Positions 28,668 through 36,777 of a stretch of DNA of 64,000 bases are shown here, in pieces. Each line of letters begins with the position of its first letter. The stretch's first letter is position 1. The notes under the pieces are model-generated. The model was not told where the DNA came from and ran no database searches. It was given only the letters and a program-made list of their open reading frames with translations. The position numbers were made by a program, and so were the translations under genes. The stretch is from the IMG/VR virus record IMGVR_UViG_3300043438_001049. The stretch is one strand, 5' to 3'. This DNA is from an uncultured virus (IMG/VR IMGVR_UViG_3300043438_001049). Taxonomy: Duplodnaviria > Heunggongvirae > Uroviricota > Caudoviricetes.

Positions 28668-29468
28668 ATGAGACAATGCACCTGTGGTAGGTCAAAAACC
28701 TATCCCTATTGTGACAATACTCACAAAACAAAGGTAAATTCTGAAGATCTCACCCCCTCCTCAACCGACAACAACATAAGAGAAACTATATTATCAAAAA
28801 TGAAAGAATCAGATAAAACTGGCAAAGTTTTATTTTTAAAAGGTTTTATGAGTCAATCTCCTGAATGGGGTGATTTTGTTGGCTTAATAAATCATCAATA
28901 TAATAACCCAATAATTGATGAAGTAAGTGAAAATATCTATGATGAATCAAAAAAAGAAGAACATGGGGATCACGGGCCAAAGATTTTGTTAAATAATAAC
29001 AACAAAAGTACAAACATGTATTCATTAAAAAAATTAGATTTACATGTTTTACGTATAAAGCAAATAAATTTTTCCATACAGACACCTTCTTTTGAACATA
29101 GTTGGTACAACATGCCATATCTTGATAATTTTTTATCTATATTCTATAAACAGGATATGCTAAACACTGTAAAGTCTTTAATAAATTTTGCTGGAAATGA
29201 ATATGTTGGAACTGGTCATTCAGATAGGCAGTCTGTCGTTTCTTGGACATGCGCTGGAGAAGTTGAATATAGAATTTATCATATTAAAAACAGTACAGAA
29301 AGAGATTCATTAACTTATGAACAACAAAGAACTTTGACTTATGATTCATACATTATGAAACCTGGAGATGTTATGTATATACCTATTGGTGTTTTTCATA
29401 GTGCTGTTGCAAATTTTCCAAGAGCATCTTTAATTTTAGACTATGACGTTTTAAATACACAAGGATAA
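28668..29468 (+). CDS. CDGSH Fe-S finger fused to JmjC/cupin domain
   Basis: CTCGRSKTYPYCDNTH; HSD...MKPGDVMYIPIGVFH. Confidence 0.75.
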   Translation: MRQCTCGRSKTYPYCDNTHKTKVNSEDLTPSSTDNNIRETILSKMKESDKTGKVLFLKGFMSQSPEWGDFVGLINHQYNNPIIDEVSENIYDESKKEEHGDHGPKILLNNNNKSTNMYSLKKLDLHVLRIKQINFSIQTPSFEHSWYNMPYLDNFLSIFYKQDMLNTVKSLINFAGNEYVGTGHSDRQSVVSWTCAGEVEYRIYHIKNSTERDSLTYEQQRTLTYDSYIMKPGDVMYIPIGVFHSAVANFPRASLILDYDVLNTQG

Positions 29469-29472
29469 ACAT

Positions 29473-30261
29473 ATGCCAACTAGACTTACTTTAAATGGTT
29501 TTACTATAAACCCTGTGACACATCTTCCTCATTTAATAAATATTTTTAGAGGACTTACAGAATATAGCATAAAACATAAGTGCGATACAGGATCAGACGG
29601 GCCAATACATAAAAACTATTTAGGAAAGCCAATTTTTGGACCTGTAGGAACAAAAATACCAGATATAGATTCTGATAATGCTGGAAGTATTGTTCAAGGT
29701 ATCCTAGAAAATGGATACTATTCTTGTAGAATTTGGGAAAACTGTTACCCTGCAAAAATTCAATTTGATCTTTTTTTAGAAAATGATTTGCCTGATATTG
29801 ACCTAATCATAGATCATTTTTCTGCTCCTGCTATTCCTCAAGACGGTCTTGGGCTTTTTGATTATACCTATTCTATAAGTAAAACTAAAGAACATACAAC
29901 AACATTACAAAAAGATAGAGATAAAGATTCGGCATATGATGTCAATGATTTGATTGCCTTTGATAAAGATGGTGAATGGTCTGTTACTTTAAACAGATTA
30001 AAGGCCCCTGAATGTTATTTTTGTAATAAAAAACCTGAACACTGGATATCTCTAAATAAAAGGACTGACAAGAATCATACAGATTGGATTTCTGTTTTGT
30101 CTTGTTCAAATCACAAATATTTAGGAAAAACAATAGAAGATGTGTATTCTGGAAATGTTGATCAATATTATTCAAATCTAGATGATAAAATTTACGTTAT
30201 AAAAGAAATTAAAAATGAAAATAATGAAGTTATGTTTACAGTAAATGTGCTAGAAGAATAA
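29473..30261 (+). CDS. AdoMet decarboxylase-like fold (apparently inactive) plus Zn finger
   Basis: GILENGYYSCRIWENCYPAKIQFDLF aligns with SpeD IETSH..H.W.E..PA..QFD.; CYFC...C..H. Confidence 0.45.
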   Translation: MPTRLTLNGFTINPVTHLPHLINIFRGLTEYSIKHKCDTGSDGPIHKNYLGKPIFGPVGTKIPDIDSDNAGSIVQGILENGYYSCRIWENCYPAKIQFDLFLENDLPDIDLIIDHFSAPAIPQDGLGLFDYTYSISKTKEHTTTLQKDRDKDSAYDVNDLIAFDKDGEWSVTLNRLKAPECYFCNKKPEHWISLNKRTDKNHTDWISVLSCSNHKYLGKTIEDVYSGNVDQYYSNLDDKIYVIKEIKNENNEVMFTVNVLEE

Positions 30262-30314
30262 AATAAATTAATGAAGGTTGACATTTATTTGATTATTTGC
30301 TATAATTGAACTAT

Positions 30315-30388
30315 GCACCAGTAGCCAAGTTGGTTAAGGCACCGAACTCATAATTCGGCTATCGTAGGTTCAAGTCCTACCTGGTGTA
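30315..30388 (+). tRNA. tRNA with CAT anticodon (Met or Ile2)
   Basis: GCACCAG/CTGGTGT, CCGAA-CTCATAA-TTCGG, GGTTCAAGTCC. Confidence 0.9.
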
Positions 30389-30400
30389 CAATTAAGTAAT

Positions 30401-30471
30401 GAGAATATTGAATATTGGTAGCACTTCTGCCTTCCAAGAAAAAGGGGCAAGTTCAATTCTCATCATCCGCT
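30401..30471 (+). pseudogene. Decayed tRNA-Gly (TCC)
   Basis: CTTCCAA anticodon loop, GTTCAATTC T-loop and CATCCGCT 3' end retained; stems broken. Confidence 0.65.
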
Positions 30472-30490
30472 CAAAATATTTAGGAGGAGT

Positions 30491-31228
30491 ATGAAGTTTC
30501 ATTGGATGCTAAATGGGTCATACTCAACTAGCAATATATTAAAAACAGTTGTTGAAGGTCTTGGCAGTAATAGATACGAGTCAATACTTTTAACATTTCA
30601 ATTAGATCAAAATGAACCAATGGTTTCAGCAATGTTTTTAACAAACAATTTTCCAAATCAAAGGTTTATGATAGCAGTTAGACCCTACACCATTTCTTCC
30701 AGACATTTATCCATGATAGCAAAAACATTTTATGACTACTTTAATAATAAACTAATTATTAATTTTGTTTCTGGAACATATGATAATGAGTATGAACTTT
30801 TTACAAATAAAACTTCTACACGTGAAGAACGTAAAGATGAATTATCTGGGTACATCAAATCATTTGTTGAAGATTTAAAGGGTACACTATATTCTGATAT
30901 TGCGATAAGTGGTGCAAGTGATAAGTTAATCAGTTTATGCTCTGAGTTCTCTGCAATAAACATAGCACTCATTCAAGACTTAGACAAACTAAACAAAGAC
31001 AATAATATAATGCTTAGAGTATCAATAGGTATTGATGTAGATAAGTCTCAAATGACTACAGATAGAGAATTTAATAACTCTATATGTGGTACAGAAGACT
31101 ATATTATTAATAAAATAAAAGAACTTGAGGCAATGGGGATAACCGACATATTGATTTCAAATACATATGAAAACATTACAGAAATAGATAAGACAAATGC
31201 TTTAGTTGACAGATACAAGTCGCTATAG
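30491..31228 (+). CDS. Luciferase-like (LLM) flavin-dependent monooxygenase-like protein
   Basis: FMIAVRPYTIS...IINFVSG...ISGAS...ICGT...I.EL..MGITDI. Confidence 0.7.
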   Translation: MKFHWMLNGSYSTSNILKTVVEGLGSNRYESILLTFQLDQNEPMVSAMFLTNNFPNQRFMIAVRPYTISSRHLSMIAKTFYDYFNNKLIINFVSGTYDNEYELFTNKTSTREERKDELSGYIKSFVEDLKGTLYSDIAISGASDKLISLCSEFSAINIALIQDLDKLNKDNNIMLRVSIGIDVDKSQMTTDREFNNSICGTEDYIINKIKELEAMGITDILISNTYENITEIDKTNALVDRYKSL

Positions 31229-31300
31229 TATAATTATAATAAGGGTAAGATAAGAAAGTTGGTGCAAATCCAACCTACCCTACTAACAGAAAGAGAAAAA

Positions 31301-31837
31301 ATGAAAACAGTTGGAGATAAGTTAGGTAACTTTGCAGTAACTGGAGTTAAACCTGGAGCATTAACATATGATGATTCATCATTTGAAACTATAACACAAG
31401 ATTCTTTTCCAGGAAAATGGAAAATAATTATGTTTTATCCAAAAGACTTTACATTTGTATGCCCAACAGAAATTGTTGCATATGATGCTTTAGTTAATGA
31501 TTTTAATGATCGTGATACAGTCCTTATGACTGGATCAGTTGATAATGAATTTTGTAAGATTGCATGGCGTAATGCTCATGACGATCTTAAGAGAACTAAC
31601 TCATGGTCATTTGCAGACACAGCACATCAACTGGCTGGAGATCTTGGAGTTCATCACTCATCTGGAGTTGCTTATCGTGCAACCTTTATTGTTGATCCTG
31701 ACAATACTATTCAGCATGTAACTGTTAATAACCTTGATGTAGGTCGTAATGCAGATGAAGCACTTCGAGTTCTTGATGCCCTGCAAACTGGAGAACTTTG
31801 TGCATGCAATAGACCGCTAGGTGGAGACACTTTATAA
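31301..31837 (+). CDS. ahpC: Peroxiredoxin AhpC
   Basis: FYPKDFTFVCPTE...GRNADEALRVLDALQTGELCAC. Confidence 0.92.
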   Translation: MKTVGDKLGNFAVTGVKPGALTYDDSSFETITQDSFPGKWKIIMFYPKDFTFVCPTEIVAYDALVNDFNDRDTVLMTGSVDNEFCKIAWRNAHDDLKRTNSWSFADTAHQLAGDLGVHHSSGVAYRATFIVDPDNTIQHVTVNNLDVGRNADEALRVLDALQTGELCACNRPLGGDTL

Positions 31838-32349
31838 TGACTTGGGTTGAACAATTAAACGAAAACCTTCCCGAATATGCCAAAGATATTAGGCTTAATC
31901 TTGATGCTGTAATTAACAGATCTACCATTGATGCTAATGATGCATTGTATATTGCAATTGCAGCAGCATTTGCAACTGGTAATTCAAAACTACTTACATT
32001 TTTGGTATCTAATGCAACAGATGAAGTAGAAAAAAATGCTGCACTATCTGCTGGCGCTATTATGGCACAAAATAATACATGGTATCCATATGTAGAAATG
32101 GCTGGGGATGCAAACTTAAAAGGCTTACCAGCCCAACTAAGAATGAATGCTATTACTTCTCATGGTGGAACAACTAAGGGTAAGTTTGAAGCCTACTCTT
32201 TATCGTCTTCAATCATAGGAAAATGTCATTTCTGTGTTAAAGCACACTATGATACATTAAAACAAGAAGGTTACAGTGTTGATCAATTACGTGATATTGG
32301 ACGAATTTCTGCAACCATCAATGCATTAGCAAAGATACTTTCAGCATAA
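31837..32349 (+). CDS. ahpD: Alkyl hydroperoxide reductase AhpD
   Basis: LPEYAKDIRLNL...GKCHFCVKAH; coupled to ahpC. Confidence 0.9.
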   Translation: MTWVEQLNENLPEYAKDIRLNLDAVINRSTIDANDALYIAIAAAFATGNSKLLTFLVSNATDEVEKNAALSAGAIMAQNNTWYPYVEMAGDANLKGLPAQLRMNAITSHGGTTKGKFEAYSLSSSIIGKCHFCVKAHYDTLKQEGYSVDQLRDIGRISATINALAKILSA

Positions 32350-32354
32350 AAAAA

Positions 32355-32381
32355 AGTCCTGGGTATGACTAAAACTGCCTA
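32355..32381 (+). ncRNA. Pseudoknot motif copy 6
   Basis: AGTC-C-TGGGTA-T-GACT-AAAAC-TGCCTA immediately after ahpD stop. Confidence 0.6.
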
Positions 32382-32422
32382 ACAACTAACACATTAACTG
32401 TAAAGTGTAGTATAATGGTTTT

Positions 32423-32566
32423 ATGGAATCAAATATCTGTAAAGTTTATGAGCATATTTTTAGTGTAGATAAAGACAGTGTGCTCAAGTGTGAAAAATGT
32501 AACAAAACATATATGCAATATATGGATGAGATTGAAGAGCATCTTAAAGGATATAGAAAGTTTTAA
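32423..32566 (+). CDS. C-x4-H...CxxC microprotein (copy 2, convergent with Gpx-like gene)
   Basis: 47 aa read from sequence; leaderless promoter. Confidence 0.5.
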   Translation: MESNICKVYEHIFSVDKDSVLKCEKCNKTYMQYMDEIEEHLKGYRKF

Positions 32567-32573
32567 TTTAAAA

Positions 32574-33197
32574 CTATTTTGCTAATGCGTTTTCTATATC
32601 ATTACAAATTCTGATGTATGCTAAATCTGCTCTGCCAGCCTTCTCAGAATAATTTAGCAGTGCTCCATTATCATAATTTTTTAATAATTTTCCATCTTTT
32701 CCTACCAAATATTTTTCAAAATTACCGCCCAAAGTTCCTCCACCATCTGCAGATGTTGGATCCTTCTTCCAAAGTTCCTCTGACATTTTGCATAAAACAT
32801 TATAAACTTCATGAGGAGTAACCTTACCATGTTTAGATGGCAATCCTGGGATAAGTTGGTTTTCGCAAGGGTTAGATTCAATTAATTCAGTAAACTTGTA
32901 TGTGACTCCATAATTTGTTTTTGCAAATTCTCTTGCTGATTCTGCAGTGTCTGTTCCATAAACATGATCTCCATACGTTAAACCAACGCCACAATAATCA
33001 TTGGTTGGAATAGCAATTACTTCAAAACCTTTATCTTTGTATTTTCTGTATATTGTTTCAATAACTCCATATTGAGGAGCATTACCACAGTCACCAGTAA
33101 CATTAATAATCAAAGTTACTTTCCCTTTAAAGTTATTTAAAAAATCCTCTTCTTGATCTGCGGACTTAATCTTTACATCATATACAGACATATACAT
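32574..33197 (-). CDS. Glutathione peroxidase-family protein (paralog 2)
   Basis: FKGKVTLIINVTGDCG, PTNDY, NFEKYLV. Confidence 0.85.
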   Translation of the reverse strand: MYMSVYDVKIKSADQEEDFLNNFKGKVTLIINVTGDCGNAPQYGVIETIYRKYKDKGFEVIAIPTNDYCGVGLTYGDHVYGTDTAESAREFAKTNYGVTYKFTELIESNPCENQLIPGLPSKHGKVTPHEVYNVLCKMSEELWKKDPTSADGGGTLGGNFEKYLVGKDGKLLKNYDNGALLNYSEKAGRADLAYIRICNDIENALAK

Positions 33198-33280
33198 CTC
33201 CTTTTGTGTTTCTTAAGCAATTATACCTCCCTTTTTTAATTTATGATATACTATAAAAGGTGGTAAAACTGCTTAATAAT

Positions 33281-33353
33281 ACCTTTGTAGTTCAGTGGAC
33301 AGAACGATGGACTTCTAAGCCATGCGTCGCAAGTTCGATTCTTGCCAGGGGTA
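33281..33353 (+). tRNA. tRNA-Arg (TCT)
   Basis: ACCTTTG/CAGGGGT, ATGGA-CTTCTAA-GCCAT, GCAAG-TTCGATT-CTTGC. Confidence 0.85.
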
Positions 33354-33491
33354 CTTTACTTTTTAGGATGCTTTACTTCGTATGGTGCAATCTTAGACTT
33401 AATACGACCATCTTTATATAATCTAACAATCCAACCGTCTTTGATCTGAACAGGATTAAACGCTGCTGCTTTTTTCTTTGGCATTATATAA

Positions 33492-33773
33492 TTATATCAT
33501 ACCGTTAAGCCTGTTGTGTGTCCTGATCCTGTGGCAGTTAGCACAAACCACTTCACACTTTTCAATCTCTTTCTTTATAGCCCTCCATGAAAAACCATCA
33601 TGGATCATTCTCGATACATTATATTTCTTGTCTCTTATGTGATCAAAGTCTAAGATTATATGGTTACCAACCCCACAGTCTACACAGCCAGAATCCTCTT
33701 TTATCTTAGCAAGCATCTTCTTATACTGCTGCTTGTTATAATTTTCCAACTCTTTTTCAGTCATTGCTATCAT
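33492..33773 (-). CDS. HNH endonuclease
   Basis: CVDCG...LDFDH...KCEVVCANCHRIRT. Confidence 0.85.
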   Translation of the reverse strand: MIAMTEKELENYNKQQYKKMLAKIKEDSGCVDCGVGNHIILDFDHIRDKKYNVSRMIHDGFSWRAIKKEIEKCEVVCANCHRIRTHNRLNGMI

Positions 33774-33793
33774 TATACCGTGAAAATATTAAG

Positions 33794-33877
33794 GCCCCAC
33801 ACAGGCAATTCACCTGACTTGCGCCACGGTCTCTATCCAATGGGTAACTATGCCATCGCTAAGGTCCTATGTGGGAC
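33794..33877 (-). ncRNA. Candidate ~85-nt structured ncRNA
   Basis: 12-bp terminal stem; TGATATAAT 6 nt upstream of 5' G. Confidence 0.55.
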
Positions 33878-33895
33878 AATTAAATTATATCATCA

Positions 33896-34435
33896 TTACA
33901 TGTATAGGCTACTGTAACAATCTTTTGTGTATACTTTATTTGTAGTAAAACAAAATGTCATGGCATACCTGACTCCACTTGTAACTTCTTCAACATAGTG
34001 CATAGACTCATCTCCATGAGATGGAAAAGTTATTGAAACACCTTTTGATGGTTTTATTTTAACAATATTTTTTTGATTTGGAAAGACAATTTGACCACCT
34101 TCATATTCATCGTCAAAATAAACTAGCATACCAAGAATATCTTCATCACAACCTTTTTGAATATCAGAATGCAAGCACATACTATCTCCTACATTATATT
34201 TCACAATTGCTGATGAGTGAATGTATATATCTTTTTCTAATATTTTTTTTATTTTTTCAGTATAGAGTGAAACAAGAGTAAGGAAATCTAAATCATACTG
34301 ATCCTGAAATAATGTTGTATACCTATCTCCCTTATTGTTACCTCTATAAAGACCTTCTAATTTTTTAAATATTTGTAAAGCATAAACAATTTCTTCTTCT
34401 GTAGTAAAATTATAATATTGTTTTATCATTATCAA
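33896..34435 (-). CDS. 2OG-Fe(II) prolyl-4-hydroxylase-like oxygenase
   Basis: HSD...YEGGQIVFP...HYV..V.SG.R. Confidence 0.85.
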   Translation of the reverse strand: MIMIKQYYNFTTEEEIVYALQIFKKLEGLYRGNNKGDRYTTLFQDQYDLDFLTLVSLYTEKIKKILEKDIYIHSSAIVKYNVGDSMCLHSDIQKGCDEDILGMLVYFDDEYEGGQIVFPNQKNIVKIKPSKGVSITFPSHGDESMHYVEEVTSGVRYAMTFCFTTNKVYTKDCYSSLYM

Positions 34436-34557
34436 CCTTATATATTAAATCTGAAGAAGTTCCAAAATATCTAGATGGCAAAACTGACAGTCTGTTAGGG
34501 TCAAAGTCATTATTCATGTATATATTATAGCAGTTTCTAGTATGATATAATTAATAT

Positions 34558-35133
34558 ATGCATATATCGAGACCATTTAATAATGAAATTGTCGTAGTTG
34601 AAAACTTTTTGACTCAAGATGAGGCTGACTACATTCTTGATTTAGCAACAAAAGACATTTCCTTGTGGGATGCCTCAAATGATGGATCTGGACTTACAGA
34701 GCAATATGGCAATAGGCTACAAATTGACGAATACAATTTAAGAGATAGGTATCGTGACTACAATTGGTTCTTTAAAATGCTTGAAGAAAGAGCAAAGCCG
34801 ATATTTTCTAAAGAATATGGTATTTCAGATTTTTCTTTTTTACCAATAACCTCAATTTTTAGAAGAACGGGTCATGGACTGGATGTTCATACTGATGAAG
34901 TTGATAAAGATCACCCTCAATATGATGCATCTCTACCAATTATTACTCACGGTTTTGTAGTTTATATTAACAATAACTATAGTGGTGGAGAAATTTTTTA
35001 TCCAAAAAAAAATATAATTATGAAACCAAAGGCTTTGTCTTTAGTTATGCATCCTGGAAATAAAGAATACGAACATGGAGTTAATGACGTAACGAAAGAA
35101 ATAAGATATAATCTTGCTTGGTGGACTAGATAA
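34558..35133 (+). CDS. 2OG-Fe(II) prolyl-4-hydroxylase-like oxygenase
   Basis: HTD...YSGGEIFYP...HGV..V...R. Confidence 0.85.
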   Translation: MHISRPFNNEIVVVENFLTQDEADYILDLATKDISLWDASNDGSGLTEQYGNRLQIDEYNLRDRYRDYNWFFKMLEERAKPIFSKEYGISDFSFLPITSIFRRTGHGLDVHTDEVDKDHPQYDASLPIITHGFVVYINNNYSGGEIFYPKKNIIMKPKALSLVMHPGNKEYEHGVNDVTKEIRYNLAWWTR

Positions 35134-35142
35134 CACAAAGAA

Positions 35143-35248
35143 TGAGCAGTTTATAGACCTGCTCAGGTCCCCCAGGTAGCGATCCTGGGCTTATCCGTAC
35201 TCAGCAATAGGGTTGCTATAAGCAACTGCATGTATCATGACGGAATAA
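35143..35248 (-). ncRNA. Candidate ~105-nt structured ncRNA ending in pseudoknot motif copy 7 (35143-35169)
   Basis: TATAAT upstream; three stems plus GAC-C-TGAGCA-G-GTC-TATAAAC-TGCTCA. Confidence 0.55.
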
Positions 35249-35257
35249 TTTATTATA

Positions 35258-35527
35258 CTACTTCTTTTTTACTGCTGTTTTCTTTGCAGGTGCCTTCTTA
35301 ACTACCTTGGCAGTCTTGAGTGCTACTTCAATTTCCTTAACATCTGGCATCTTGCCAAAAGCCAAGTCGTTAGGATTGGCTGCTCTCAATACAACGGGAA
35401 CAAGTGCTCCAAGTAGTGAGTATGCTAGTGTCTGTGGATCTGTTACTCCAGAAGCATACATTGCTGTTGCTGCTCCAAGAACTGATCTTCCATATGATGC
35501 TAGTGCGTTTTTGATTTGTTGATTCAT
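35258..35527 (-). CDS. Putative holin / small membrane protein
   Basis: SYGRS...PVVLRAANPND.AFG; Lys-rich tail. Confidence 0.5.
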   Translation of the reverse strand: MNQQIKNALASYGRSVLGAATAMYASGVTDPQTLAYSLLGALVPVVLRAANPNDLAFGKMPDVKEIEVALKTAKVVKKAPAKKTAVKKK

Positions 35528-35537
35528 AATTTTCCTC

Positions 35538-35696
35538 CTAGGATATTATTTTTGTTAGTACTGTAAAGCCAATCCATAATCCAATAATTCCTGCGACTCC
35601 CGCAAAAACTGGTGGTGCTGGTACTGGCAATTTGAATGCAGCAAATACTACGCCACACCCAAAACCTGTTAATGTTGATAACAAAACATCTTTCAT
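35538..35696 (-). CDS. XapX/DUF1427-type small membrane protein
   Basis: 52 aa not in track: MKDVLLSTLTGFGCGVVFAAFKLPVPAPPVFAGVAGIIGLWIG. Confidence 0.7.
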   Translation of the reverse strand: MKDVLLSTLTGFGCGVVFAAFKLPVPAPPVFAGVAGIIGLWIGFTVLTKIIS

Positions 35697-35853
35697 TGAT
35701 AACCTTTTTCAATTAAGTCTTTATAGTGGATTACGCACACATCTATAATGTTAGATTCAGTAGCGTATATTTTTTCTGCTTCAAGTTCACAGCCCAATAC
35801 ATGGCATGAATAAAAAGCATCATATGCCAGATCTTCGTATGACTTGAATTTGA

Positions 35854-36252
35854 TCATGTTTCTATTTTACCATAGTCCTCTGGTAGAATGCTTTTAATTA
35901 CTTTATACCCTTCAATTATGGACAGCCTTTGCTGCTCAATCAATATTGGAGAGGCATATTTTTCTAAATAATCAATCACTGGTCCAACATCATTGATAAA
36001 ACTATTAATCTTTTCCTGTGTAGTTTCAATATAAGTATAAGCCCAGTCACGAGAATCTGAAATAAATTTTAAAAAATCCTCATTAAATTTTTCTTTATCT
36101 GTTTTTGCCTGTGCTTCTTGTGCTTCTTGGAGCATAAAGAATTCAAGAGTTTGAGCAAGTATTTGTATATTTTTTTTCTTTTGAATATAAAAAAGAAAAG
36201 CAAATGTTGTTGATAAGACTGATAATATAACTAAGGCTACCGTTTCAATCAT
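35854..36252 (-). CDS. Hypothetical membrane-anchored protein
   Basis: N-terminal TM; FLKFISDSRDWAY. Confidence 0.6.
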   Translation of the reverse strand: MIETVALVILSVLSTTFAFLFYIQKKKNIQILAQTLEFFMLQEAQEAQAKTDKEKFNEDFLKFISDSRDWAYTYIETTQEKINSFINDVGPVIDYLEKYASPILIEQQRLSIIEGYKVIKSILPEDYGKIET

Positions 36253-36494
36253 AATTCCTTTCCACCCTCTCGAACAAGAAGAACAATTGCACCATTATCT
36301 TCTAATGCTTTTTTAACACGAACCATATACTCAATTGCCTGTCTTTTTAATTCCACCGTTTCTAATGACATGAAGTCTTTTTCTTTTGCTTTTACTGTTA
36401 TAAAATGATCATTATCTATAATCTGTAAAGAAAAATTATTTGGGCAGTAAAGTTGAACAGACCTAAAGGCTCTTTTCATTGCATCTGTGTACAT
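36249..36494 (-). CDS. Hypothetical protein
   Basis: Coupled ORF. Confidence 0.6.
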   Translation of the reverse strand: MYTDAMKRAFRSVQLYCPNNFSLQIIDNDHFITVKAKEKDFMSLETVELKRQAIEYMVRVKKALEDNGAIVLLVREGGKEL

Positions 36495-36495
36495 A

Positions 36496-36777
36496 CTACT
36501 CCATTGTTAATGATTGCCAAGTCATTCCCCAATCGTCTTTGTTTTTGTGGCTGGCAAACTCTTTTGATATTTCACCATTCTCTAAAAATACTCCACCCCA
36601 AACACCCCACTCTTTGCCTGAAATCCCAACAGAAAAACAATCTTTTCTTACTGGACACGAAGAACAAAGTGCATCTATTGCTGGCCTTAACGACTCACTT
36701 TCTTCATACTTTTCAAAGAATAAATTTGTATCATAGTCTAAGCAAGAAGCATTATCTTTCCATTTAAATTTATTCAT
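36496..36777 (-). CDS. whiB: WhiB-family Fe-S transcriptional regulator
   Basis: W...A.C...FF...CSSCPVRKDC...GVWGG. Confidence 0.9.
   Translation of the reverse strand: MNKFKWKDNASCLDYDTNLFFEKYEESESLRPAIDALCSSCPVRKDCFSVGISGKEWGVWGGVFLENGEISKEFASHKNKDDWGMTWQSLTME

Noticed and set aside
24367..33197. Selenocysteine or stop-codon recoding in Gpx genes or genome-wide
   Set aside because: Active sites are Cys codons and long genes are intact in the standard code
33260..33276. Eighth pseudoknot copy (AAAACTGCTTA)
   Set aside because: Only the 3' half is present; no pairing partner upstream
35524..35712. 62-aa ORF in track
   Set aside because: Wrong frame; the XapX-like frame 35538-35696 is more convincing
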